The notes under the pieces: generated by a model
Seen by the model: the letters and a program-made list of their open reading frames with translations, nothing else
Database searches by the model: none
Told to the model about the DNA's origin: nothing
Assembly: GCA_000934665.2 (NCBI GenBank)
Contig: KZ538301.1
Span: forward strand, 1 to 64,000
Origin: Catajapyx aquilonaris
Taxonomy: Eukaryota
DNA length: 64,000 nt
Reading direction: 5' to 3'
Shown here: positions 50,801-63,000 of the stretch, piece after piece
How the letters are laid out: every line of letters starts with the position of its first letter
How positions within the stretch are numbered: the stretch's first letter is position 1
Position numbers and translations under genes: made by a program

Positions 50801-53800
50801 GATGTCCCGATGAAGTAGATGGAAGAGTCTGGCAGCGCCAGATGTTAAGTGGGACAACTTTGAGGGACGCTTGTCAAGCTGCCAACTTTGACTCGAATTC
50901 CACCCCCCTACTCCCCCTCCTCCCCCTCCCTCCAAACCAACCCGTGGTTTTGTCTCAACTTCCCCGGCTCCGGGAAGCCCCTGACATTTTCCCAACGCTG
51001 GACTTTTCCGGGAGGGGGGATGTGGAAAGGGGACAAGTGGTTTCAAACTTGGGGGACATCACTTTGGGGCATGCGTCGTTTAGCAAATATAGCCCCCCAC
51101 TTTCAGAACCTAGGACAAAACGGAAGGATTCGGCAACAATGAGGATTCGTCCAGCAAGCGCAGCCTGTTAGACGCTTTAACAACAATCTACTGCGACAGT
51201 CAACTCCAATATAAAAGCATGTTACCCACTTACATGAAGTCCAAAGTCGTAACTTGGCCGTATCCACACATCGAATCCGATGACAAATTGAATACAGAGG
51301 CAAGGACAAAGTGGGCCGGATCGGACAAAGGCGTATCCGGAGATGGCGTGGATTTTTTTCAGATGCAAAAATATTCCTTTTTATTGTATGTCGGGACGGA
51401 GCTCGTAAAAGTTAAGTGTCGCGATTCCTTTGTTTGGGCTGGGAAAAGGGCGGAGGGACCTCCGATTGGCCCGACCTAACTCCGGACGGCAATTTCCCGG
51501 ATTGCGGAATAGGAGGGGTAGGGCGGGAGGGGAAGGGGGGTAGAAAAAGTTGAGAGATTTTATGTTTCCCCCATCTCCCTGCCCACACAAAAAAAACCCT
51601 CACATATTCCACCCCAACCTCTTCCCTATGCTGTTGGCATTCTAGAAGCACACAAATCCGTGCAGATCTTCTCCGGGAAATTGATTTGAATTTCCGATCC
51701 GGGATGGAAAAAGGCCATTTTTTCTTGGGAGGTGGGGAGTGTTGGAATTAGGCGAAAAGCGGAATGGAGATAGACTCCTGGGAATGCAAAGTTCCCTGGA
51801 GAAAGCAGAGAAACGCGCGCACAATGTGGCCTGACCGATACGGGGCCAGACGCCATTTTGTTCCAAACTGCTCCGAATGGAAAAGTTTCGCACTCTGGCT
51901 TGCAATAAATCGTGATTCGATTCCCTTTTTTCTCCGGCTGGAAACACCAATCATCCAGGGAATATCCTCTCAAGAAAATGGGGCAACGCGTGTCGGAAAA
52001 CGTCATTCGACTTTCTTCCCATTCTCCCCCGCACTCCCCCTTCTTTCCTTTTGTCGCCCATAAACACAATTATTGCACCTATTCCTGTGCAGAAGATGAA
52101 AAAAAACAAGTGGGTCATCCCGTATGATACTGCAAGAGGTCCAACATATTTTCAAATCGTGTTAAAGTTTGTAAGTCCTAGAAAACAATTCTGGAACATA
52201 TGCGGCATATTATGGTCTTCGAGTGACAAAAAGCAATTCAATTTCTTCAACCTGAATTTAGTTGTCAGTAGACACATTTATGTGTCTACCGACAAGATAT
52301 CAGGAAGAATGTACCATCAAGACATGCATGAGCTAGTGTCACATTACTCCCTATACGACAAAACCGATAAAAAACAAAATGAACGATGGTATATGAAATA
52401 TTCAGGCTGAAATGAGACGAAAAAAAGGACTTGGGCAGCGTGATTCAATTACGAGTAAGGCAAAGTCAGTGTGGTTGAAAAGGAGGGTTAAAAGAGGATT
52501 GGTACGGATGTGACTTAAGCCTGAAACCTCTAAATCATTCAACGGCCGCTTCCTCGGAAACCCTGGAGCTAGGATAAAGATATCTCATTCGCGCCATTCC
52601 TCTCTCTCCCCCGCTCTCCATTCTGGCAGAAGAAAAACAGAAATCAATTCTCATCTGTCCCTTCACTCTCCTCTCGATTCTTATTCTTGGAAGGAGAAAG
52701 AGAGAAAAAAAACCAGAGTTGACGAGAGAGAGAAAATCAATCCTGACTTGTATAGTCTCATTCCATCGCAATCAAAACCCAGAAGCCGTCCATAACTGAC
52801 ACCCGATAAGAATGCACAAAGCATAAGCCATATCGCGTCAAGGTGAGCCACAGAAAACGAGCCATGTTGAATAACTTATCGCGTATACGACAGACAAGAG
52901 GAAAACATCATTTGACATCAAAGGTCCCCATTTTGGTAGGTTTCTTCGGCCTTGTATACTTGTGAACAGCCTATTCTAGACCCGACATTATTGTTTGGAT
53001 ATTCGCATAATTATGATGGTAGATCAGAGACTTGCCCTTCAGGGTGTTGAAAAATGGTCGACTAGGGCCTAACATAGAGATCGCTTGGGTATAGTGTTCT
53101 ACTCAACAGCGTTCCAACTTCAAAACAATAGGGGCTTGAGCTATGTAATGTGGGCCAAGGTTATTGCGCAAAGTACAGTGCTTTAGAAATACTGAGCATG
53201 TGTATACTGCTAAATCAAATGACCGGTACAGCTCTAGCACACCATATACGCGTTGCAGGTATATTTCCCTTTCTAATGTCGTAATTTATGTCCCATGCAT
53301 GCTTCCTAATATCTTTCCGACTTGTAGGAAGTCAGCTTTCAATATTAAGATTATTATCATTCGGGCCGAGTAACTATTCCGCACAGTAAGCTGCAAAGTA
53401 TAGAACCTAGCTCACATTAGGACTAGACCAGCAATATCAGTTTTCGTCAAACGTTATTTTTCAGAGGGCGGGAAGCTCGTGTTCGATTTTCTGACCAATT
53501 CAAATTGGCAAGAGGGTCAGCGACTTTGTCACTGATTCGAATGTAAGCTTAATTACGAAACACACGGTATATAAAGTGAACTTTCTAACGGTTACATGTA
53601 ACAGATATATAATTGGTGGGAGATAATGAATGCAGCAGTGACTGATACGGACAATTTTTTTCCATTAGAGAGAACTACACAGTCATAGCCTATGCAGTCT
53701 TTCCATGCAATGTATCCTGTTCACCATAAAGTATAATGGTGTATACCGGGTACATGGTGGCCCTCATTTGCGATACATTTACACATTTTTGTGCGGACTG

Positions 53801-53883
53801 ACCAGCTCATTGGCTGATGCTATGTGATGCAGATAGAGCAAGACAAAAATCACAGGACACTGTATCACAGTCAGCAACATAAT

Positions 53884-54811
53884 CAAAGGACATCCTATAG
53901 AATGCACCTCTGGAGTTTCCATGGAGATATCATCATGCAACAATAAGAGTCTTAAACAATGTCAACAAAAAGAACACTGTTTAGGAGAGTGCTGTACCAT
54001 GGAACACTTTTTCAACATTTATTTTTATTTAGTAAAGTTGCTCATGTTTTCAACATGTGAAACTGTCCATGTATAAAGCATATTGTTGCCCACACAATGG
54101 AACTTACTCATTTTGTATGTCACTAATAACTTTACTAAAAATAATTAATATGTGATAGTGTTGCAAATGTTCCATGGTACAACATGCTGATGTACCTTGG
54201 AACAATCTGATGTATCCTTGGAACAATTTATTTTCCAGCATGATATTAGGCTCAACAATGCAAATATTTTATTTCACGTTGTAGTTTTCGTTCTTTTCAA
54301 AGCCAATTTTGAACACTATTCTTGATGACACCCTGACACAACTCCCTAGCTGATATGTTCCAAGGTATATGCAGGGCTACTTTTAGAAATGAACTTGCCT
54401 CTCTTTCGTGCATTACATGATTGGTAGGTAATAATGATTCAGCACTGCAGACTATTGGTGTACACTTCAGAGCAGAACTTCATCTACTATAAATCTGTTA
54501 TATGACAGGAGCAATAATCGACAAATGGCCTGCCAAAAAACTTACTTTTGAATATGAAAAAACACCTCCGCCACTCACTACCTCCAAAATGGCTACCTGC
54601 TAGGGTCTGCTTCCAACTAGGGGGCATATGCATCCTTTGATTCAGAAAGTGGCCGGTACATGTGAACACGAGCTGTGGTACATTGAGTGTTCCAAGGTAC
54701 GTTGTACTCAAGGTACAGCACTCTCCCCCTACTCATTGTTGGGTGACCATGGAAACTTGAAAAGTGGAGAGGTTATTCCACAGGTGCATTTTACACGTAG
54801 AATGTCCTTTG
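53884..54811. mobile_element. Unclassified non-autonomous TIR element (~930 bp) with a repeated internal 13-mer
   Basis: Left CAAAGGACATCCTATAGAATGCACCTCTGGA matches the reverse complement of the right end, CAAAGGACATTCTACGTGTAAAATGCACCTGTGGA. GTACCWTGGAACA or a close variant occurs at 53994, 54168(rc), 54192, 54212, 54356(rc) and 54688(rc). TSD is unclear (AACATAAT vs ACTATACT). Confidence 0.7.
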
Positions 54812-55157
54812 ACTATACTGTTCATCCACCGTAATACAAATAACAGCGTTTATTATACACTAGTCTCCGCTAGGCCATAGTATGGACGCTATATGCAACG
54901 GAATTGTGGGTGAATATTTTTGTATGAATCTTACGATTATTTTTAGATGATTATTAGAAAATATGTTACAAAAAGAAGGCGAGGTAAATAACTAAATTAT
55001 CGGTAGATTCTCGGAAAACTGTTGATCTAACCTCTCGGCAAAAAAGGAACCCAGCAATGTAGCCGTCTTTATGTAGACAGAGAAAAATGAGACTTCCTAT
55101 AGTTGCAGTCGGCGCGTTCGGAAACACAAAAATCAAAACAAGCAATACTATGAATAT

Positions 55158-55158
55158 C

Positions 55159-55202
<44 letters not shown>
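55158..55202. repeat. (CAA)15 microsatellite
   Basis: Perfect trinucleotide run. Confidence 0.98.
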
Positions 55203-55204
<2 letters not shown>

Positions 55205-55416
55205 CGACATTTCCATATAAGGGGTAGTCAGCCATGACGGGAGCCACAAGCTAACCCAAAATATGAACAAAATTAAAACTTGTAAAAACAAACCTATAAA
55301 CAGCCCGTCCCGCCCCCCACCCCTGCCCATTTCAGACGACAAACACTCAATATTAAATTTAAATATTACACTATACATCGCGGCACTTGAGNCCGGAAGA
55401 GGAATCAGCAACTGTT

Positions 55417-55890
55417 AAATTCATCCAAGTGACTAGAATATTCACCTCCAAACGACCAGAACATGCACAGGCAGCGAGAACCAGCATACGGAAATCCACA
55501 CCCGAACTCCAAGTGCTGTGCAGGACAGAGAGAGAGAGGCAGACACCCTTGCAAGCATGACTACCGGTGTCAACCTATGCATTACTGTGCAAGAGATATT
55601 TGCCAACCTTGTAGTTCTGCACAGCACCCAGAGGCCGAGTATGAACTTCCAGACGCCGACTCCTCCCACCAACCTGCAAACATTCTAGTCATAGGGAAGA
55701 ATTCAATGGACACTGCCATTCCTCACAAACCCGTGAATATTCAGGAGTAATCAAAGGCACAATAATAGCGCGTGTCGCACCAGGACAAGGCTAAAGGCAC
55801 GGAATCAATCCCACTATACTGTATAGAGCTCCATTGGCATGGGAAAATGTTCCTCCCGCCAATACCTCCTCTGGCTTCCACTTTATTGGC
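55417..55890 (+). pseudogene. Possible highly decayed LINE APE-endonuclease fragment
   Basis: Across about three frameshifts and one stop, the translations give in the expected order KFIQV, DR, STQRPS, NILVIG/EFNGH (cf. GDFNAH), GINPTI (cf. IDLT) and WENV..SSGFHFI (cf. W..SDH.I). Every motif is degenerate. Confidence 0.35.
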
Positions 55891-58585
55891 TTTTCAAAAT
55901 TTTGGACACATATACAGTGTCCATGCAATGAGTGTAAGACGTTTCAGCATGCAAACTCGTCCCTAAGTTAGACAAAAACCCTGTACGTGGATTTTTATAA
56001 CTCATAGGGTATAATCGAGTAATTTGCAGTAATCTATGGCCGTACCTTCACCACCCATTTTAAATTACTTTTGCCGTGTTGGTGTCTTGAGAGTGTTCTA
56101 TACCAACGCTTGAACAAGTGACTTACTGAAACGAAATTACGAACGAAAATCTGAACTGCAGAACTTGATTTAGTGTTTGTTTAATCTAGTCCTCGAAGAG
56201 TACTTTCTGGTTGTCAAATTAGTTCCTGACAGATAAACAACAGCATCTTCAAGAAATTCGTGAAAGAAATTCTTCATCTTCTATTCTCAAATAACTTATA
56301 GCAATTGGCAAAATAATGTAGCAATCGGCACTGGCAAAAGAAAGTATCAACAGGACGAATCGTTGGACCATCATCAAATAAGAAACTGACAAATGAGTCC
56401 GAAAATGAGCAGGGGGAATCGGCTACATCTTTGTCGCAGGGATCCATAGTTTGCCTCCTTGTTTTCTTTGGGAGGAGGTGTAAGTTAAGACGAGGCAGGC
56501 CGGCTAACTGATCCGCAAGGAATTATAAATCCAATTACCCGGGTGGCCGGAAGCGGGTTTTGGCCTGGATCCGGGATTCCGGATCCGGAACCCAACTCAC
56601 GTCGTTTCCAAAGGCGGGATTGGAGGTGGTGGTGGTCACATCTTCTTTTTTGGGGTGGGGGTGTGCGTCCCGTCCACCCACCCCACCCCTCCCCCCACTC
56701 TGCGGTCTGTTGTCTCCGGCGAAGGAAAGGGCGTTATGGGAGCATCAGGGGCCGCCCGGGGGCCATTCGTCCTGGCCAGGCCGCCTTTTGGGATCGCCGA
56801 CATGTCCGATGGAGTTTGAATCCCTTGAGGAGCTGTCTACCAGGCGTGACCTAGGGACCTGAGGATAGTGTCATGGCGCCTGAATTATGCCTGCGTTTAA
56901 CTGAGATAAAATGAAATCTCACCAGACGGCAACTGGCTTTCTCCTTATGTAGTTATTGGGAAGGGCATGCGACAATGTTCCTAAGGTGAGGCTTAACTCA
57001 CAGTGGGTAGGGGTCTCGAGAGGATGCAAAGTCTCAAGTTCCAAGGGCTTGGCGTAGTGTCAAGCGTGTGTGCACTGGAGTCACGACTTATGTTGCTTAT
57101 CTCATTTCCAACTACAGGCTAATACAACTGGCTATACGCTGCTCGATTCATGCAGGCAAGCCCTAACCTTGAGTTTTGTTAGTAAGTCCTTGCATCTGAC
57201 ACTAGGGACAGATTAACTGCAAAGGAAATTCCGATGAAACGCATCCCCGGTACGATATGCAGGCACCAAATAGCTGGGATGTATTATCTCTCATGGTTTC
57301 AGGCGCAAGGGAACCCAAGGGAAACCACAGTCAAAGAAGGTACAAACATACTCCATCTCGGTGCATGCCCAGTTACCTGCGTTAATACTGTAGTTATATA
57401 AAGCCGCAATGTCAATTGCAAGGTACCTGCAAAAAAATGTAACCAGGACAAACGCCCGCAAAAATTCCAGAAATGAGGCGATATTTGTTCCCATACCACA
57501 CGTCACCCTCCCGAAATCCAGTGCTCCTGGGAAAAGTTGACCGCGCCAATTCCGCCAAAAATATAGGGCCCGGAGAAGGCATCGAATTTCGAGTCTGGAG
57601 TGTGAGAAACGCTTCTCTCAGACGAACTTTGACGCCAGTCTCCGAAAAGGGGGGGGGGGGGGNGATCCCCAAGACAGCGCCCCCTCCGCCCCCACCGCCA
57701 CCTAGTGATTCTCTTTAGCGTTGTGTGCCATTTATCCCCCACCTCTCCCTCCACCCTGACTCCGCCCGAGCTTATCTCACTGACGTGGGCTTATCTCCCC
57801 TTCTAGGATGGGGAAGAAGAAGTAAATGAGAAGGGTGGCCATTCAATGGACGACCCGAGGATTGCCTCGTTTCCTCAGACACGCTTTTTTCACTTCTTTT
57901 CTTTTTACTTTCCCCATCCCCACACCCCTCTTTCCACTCACAGATTGATCGGACAGCCAGTTTAATTCGCGACCATATTGGAACTGCGCCTGCATTCGGA
58001 AGTTGCAAACACACTTTTAGGATGACCTGCCCCGATTTTAGGCAACCCCTGCAGCATCCAGGGGGCTTCCCTCTGGAATATCCGGACCGGCATACAGAGC
58101 AGTGTATAGAAGGAAAAAAAAGGAAACGTCGCGGTAGGAATGGGAAAGTAGGCTGTCTTGCTTTTGCCTTACATGCAACTCCCACAGGCTCTTCAACTGC
58201 CAAGTTTTAAAGAGAAAGAGGAATTGGCCATAAATATTACGTAACGCTGGCTGGAGGTGGCCTAGCCAGCGTTACGGTACGTTACAAACGTGAATACGAT
58301 ATTTGCCAGATGTGAGCGCAATTTAAAAATATTGATAAAACCCAAGTGTCCGGAACTTAGGCGACAGTGCTTGAAATATGGAGGTCACTGAGTCAGATGA
58401 GAAAGTGTATAGTCCTTGTTAAATAGATGAATTAAGTGGGAGAGGTTTTCACTTGGCTGCAGCCAGACACTTGCGTAGCACTTTCCCATCTTGTGGAAAT
58501 CTCCGGCGGCTATGGAACTAAGCAAAGTGGAGGCGGGAAACACTACAGGCATCTCTAAGACAACAACAGCACTCGCTCCAGAGCT

Positions 58586-58800
58586 AACATCATGGACTTT
58601 GCGCCGCCAAGCCTTCCCGTTTATAAAGCAACGCCTTGCCTCATTAATATTCATGCAAACAAGTATAGTTAAATCCGGCTCAGTTCCCTCAGCTTTCTCA
58701 TCTTACTCACCTTGACACCTGGAATCAGGGCATTGCGTGGCCACCTCTCAAAGGATGATTGCTACACTAAAGCCGACCCTACTCAGCGGTCACATACTCT
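58586..58800 (-). pseudogene. Possible decayed 3' end of an RTE-clade LINE ORF
   Basis: The minus strand gives R*VGSALV*QSSFERWPRNAL and then, after a frameshift, EPDLTILVCMNINEARRCFINGKAWRRKV. This resembles the RTE C-terminal pattern RW.GH..R...R.P..AL...DL...EA...DR..WR..V. Confidence 0.4.
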
Positions 58801-59063
58801 ATGGCACACCTTGAATTATACAGCAAAGTGCAGCTCATATACACTGCTAAAGAGCTTTGGTAGCACTTCACTAGAGTTCTAGTTTATACGGTGCGGTTTA
58901 TCGGAGTGTCCCTTAGGCCATCATCGCACTTCAGATCGAAGGTATAGGTCAGATGTATAAAGACAAATTTACTGCAAAGGTCTAAAAGTCACGGATGCCT
59001 ATGCCGTACAAACCTATCCTAATTGCACCTTTTGCGAAAGGTGCATATCTTAAGATTCATGTA

Positions 59064-60015
59064 CATTGGGCATAATGCAAAGTAGGATTTGAATCACGTG
59101 GTACAGTGGTGCTGTTCCAGCGTGAGTGGTATATAGGCCTGTGCTGGAGTGGGGAAGGTTTGCCATTTGCAAAAATGGTGTCGTGGTAGGCAGAGCACCA
59201 TGCATTTGTCTAGGTCTCTAGGAGATTTACTTTGAAAATAATGAGTTATCCATATCTGTGCAATGGAGCTTTTGTCGCCATTTTGGGCTGGGATGTCAGA
59301 ACAAAGTCCCCGACCACCGGAAATTATAAGGCAGGTGAAGCAGTTCTGGGACACAGCATCCGGGACCAGAAAAGCACTGGACATCCAAGGACACAGCCGA
59401 CCCCCCAAGAGGTACGCAATGCACTACTCCAAAGTAATTACTTGGCGATCAGCCGTCAGGCAAGTCTTGGCACTATGAAGTCGGCTCATTCCCTGTGCCG
59501 CATCATCCATGATGCCTCCACTTTCATCCTTACAAGATGAAGGTGTGCAACAATTGAAAAGCAAAGGACAAAGTGGTCCGAAGAACCTTTTCTAAGGATT
59601 TTTTGGACTCTTGGAATGGCCGATTGCCAAGGACTTCGAAAGATCTCATTGTGTACCTCGTGGGATGTCAGTTGTGACCTTGCACCAGTGCTATTCTGGT
59701 CCAGGCATGATGCTATGTCCCAGAACTGCTTCACCCACCCTATATGATTGTCCAGTGGTTGGAGACTTTGTCCTGATGTTCCAGCCCAAAATGGCGAAGA
59801 AAGATACCATTGTAGAATGTAGAGGTATGGAGGAACTCCTTATTTTTAAAATAAATCTCCAAGACAAATGCATGGTGCTCTTCCGACCGCAACAGCATTT
59901 TTGCAAATGGCAAACCTTCCCAACTCCAGCACATGCCCAAATCCATAGCATGCTGCTCAAACGGCAGCACCGCACCACGTGATTCAAATCTCACCTTACA
60001 TTTTGCCCAACCCTG
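59064..60015. mobile_element. Old Tc1/mariner-type element with ~390-bp diverged inverted arms
   Basis: 59064-~59456 aligns by eye with the reverse complement of ~59616-60015, with many substitutions. Right end is TTGCCCAACCCTG-TA; left end TA-CATTGGGCA lacks GGG. The mirrored ORF translations (DKCMVL...HFCKWQTFPTPA on both strands) confirm the symmetry. Confidence 0.85.
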
Positions 60016-63000
60016 TACAATGCCTAACAAAGACAGAGAAGATCAGGAAAATAAAAATTACACCAAGAACTACTAGAGAAAAACAATAACACCACTTCTG
60101 GACGTGGCCATAGCATTCTTTTGCTTACCCCCAGTGCTATCTCTCCTTATAAATTAAACCATTGTCAAAGGCAACTGAGTCTATATATTATATCCGAATA
60201 TAAATCTACTTATAATCTAAACATTCGTGTTTTCTCCAACGCAAACAAAATCAGTGGTCTTGCGAGCTTGTGGTTGCTCCAAGAATTCATATAGTCTACG
60301 TATAGTGATATAGACGTAGTGAACGCTGAGCTAACAGTATACGAAAGAATTATTTTTGCAGTATTTACATCGTTATTGCATTGTCTTAAGTTGTTGACAT
60401 ACCCACTTATTTTTCCAAATATAACTTACAACGCAGTCAACGCTCAATTTTACATGTAAAACCGAGCTTCTAATGCTCCCTGTGGGAAAAGAAGTGTCTG
60501 TGTGGAATGAGTGCTGACGACTTTCCCGGAGACTGCAGCGCGTCCAGTGGTCATCCAAGTCTGGGTATAAATACCAGTAAACAAGATGGCGGAATGCGCG
60601 TCGTCAGCAAAAGAAAAGTTTTCCCCCGGCACTTCCTCCAGCCAATAAAAGTCGAGACCGAGATTCCCTTGAACCAGCTGCCAGAGAACTTCACCGAGAA
60701 GCCGTTTCACAAGAGAAAAGATTACAGTGGCAAAGGAAAGCCCCAAACCCACCCCACCCTCCTTTTCTACTCAATTTACTCAATTCGAGAGTGGGAGGGA
60801 GTAGGGGGAAGAGGTTTACGAAGGACTGAGGGTCGGACGGGAAATTCGGGAGTATTTGATTAGGACGATGTAATTGCCTCGGTAATGAAGCCTTCTGTCA
60901 GAAGAGTGACGCTAAGTAGCCAAAATTCCCCTACATTGCATTCAGATGGGTCCATTTTAGGTCCTTATTTTCAAGCCATTAGCTATAATCAGAAATATGT
61001 GTCCATTTCCCCTGTTTAACTTGATACACTGGATTTTTCAGTGCAAATTAACACCGGAACGTCCCATCTCAAAGGTGTATTTAGCATGAATCGAGCAGCG
61101 TTAACGATTATTCTTTCAAATGTGCTTGTGTTATGCGTGTGTATGTGGAGGGCTCCAAAACAATAAGTCGTGCTAAAATTAATTCACTGCTGACGCTTCC
61201 AAAATACCACTGGACCCAAACATATGCCGGAGAAAAGTTCACTCCATTTAGGCTAGTGTACTAGTATAGGCTGGAGTGTTATTTACGTGATGTTTGTTGT
61301 GAAGAGGGGAGGAGGGGGTGGGGCGGGGTTATGCCTGTCCTCATTTTGAAACCCGGGTCCCTGGAAATGAATTTGCGGAGTGGTCGTAGTTGCATCAATA
61401 TATACAGTTGGTTCTGAATCATCTAATTGTGTTTCGGGGCCAAACAAACACGGCCGCACGAGTATTGTTACATAGTGCAAACATACGATGCAAAATTTAA
61501 AATAATTCTCCACCTCACCAACATCCACGCGCGCCTAAATAGAGACGCAAATCAAGTCCATTAAATTGAAAACGTGATTTACGGGACGTGAAGCTTTCAG
61601 GTGCTGGCTTTTTAAAATACATGTAAAATAACAGGTAAATAGAGGTTGCAGAACGTCCATGGGACAAATTGAATGTTCATCATTATCATCACTTCATAGC
61701 GCTATGGATTTGTCCCTAAAGCACCTACAGGGGACTCCATTTCTATTTCAGGCCTATAATTTGTGGCATCTCGACATGGTAATTCTGCTACATCAGCTAA
61801 TGGGTAATCTGAACATGGCATGCAATTGCAAATAATTACAGGCGGCATGACAAAACTGCACGCTACATGTTACAATTATTTTCTATTTCATTTCAAATAA
61901 AAACAATGGTACATTATTTCTGGTTATACAAGTACGTAGACCAATTCAGTTAGCCTCATTTACAGTTAATCGAATTTAATCAACTGGTATTACTTTCCAA
62001 CCACAAATGCAGACCCTACTGTATACAATGATGTTTGTCAGGAATTGTTGAATTCATTTTTTACAACTTCAAAAAGAACTATAATAATTTTTAATAATAA
62101 AGTAGAGCCAACACATACCACAAAATCCTGATGACTCACAAAAACTCAGCGTGACTCACCTTAGGAAAATATTTGTTTTCTTCCGCGTTTACCTCCCCCT
62201 CCCCTTCCCCCACCCCCACTTCTATTCCTTCATCTTCCGGGGGAAGGAAGGCAAACAAAAGAAGTCCATAACCGGACAGCTTCCTGTCTGAGCAAAGCTG
62301 CATCTCCCCGAAAAACACGCACCCTACGTCTATCTTGGCCTAGCAATTTATTGGACAGCAGTCGTTTTCAAAAGAGGATGGAGGGAGCGAGGGTAGGGGC
62401 GCATCAGAGCTCTACCAGGGGCAAATCTATCCGACTCTATCCCGAGCGGAAACTTTGCTATAGCCCACACCCACACCCTAACCCCCACAAACCACGCTCC
62501 CTTTATGTAATGGTGCTCGTTTTTGGGATGGGCCACAATTTCTTTTGTCTCACTAGACATTTTCAGGTCTACCAACTCCTGATAATACTTTGTTCACATC
62601 CAGGTCTTACTTATGAAACGAGAAAGAGCATGAAGGCAGTTTGACCAGTACTGTACCATATAGCTTCGAGTTATTTTATTAAACGCGAGACTCGTATTTT
62701 TCCTTAATAATTCAACATTTTTCGTGCTGGAAACACTTGGTACATGCATTATTACAAAACCTACAACAGATACGATTAACTGGATTAAGGCAACAATCGT
62801 GGGTACTATTGTTTTTCATTATATACAGATGGGCTTCCCATTCACCTACTCAAAAGACACGTTAAAATAAAGAATTTACTGCAGAACTGTATTATTGGAT
62901 AATCAGACCACTTCGACATATCGGTATAATTAGATGAGTTTATTCCAAACAGTACTGCACCCCCCCCCCCCAACAAAAAACCCCAGCAGTGTCAGAAAAT

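Noticed and set aside
59094..59982. Paralogous-looking ORF pair on opposite strands
   Set aside because: The similarity is a by-product of the inverted arms of a transposon.
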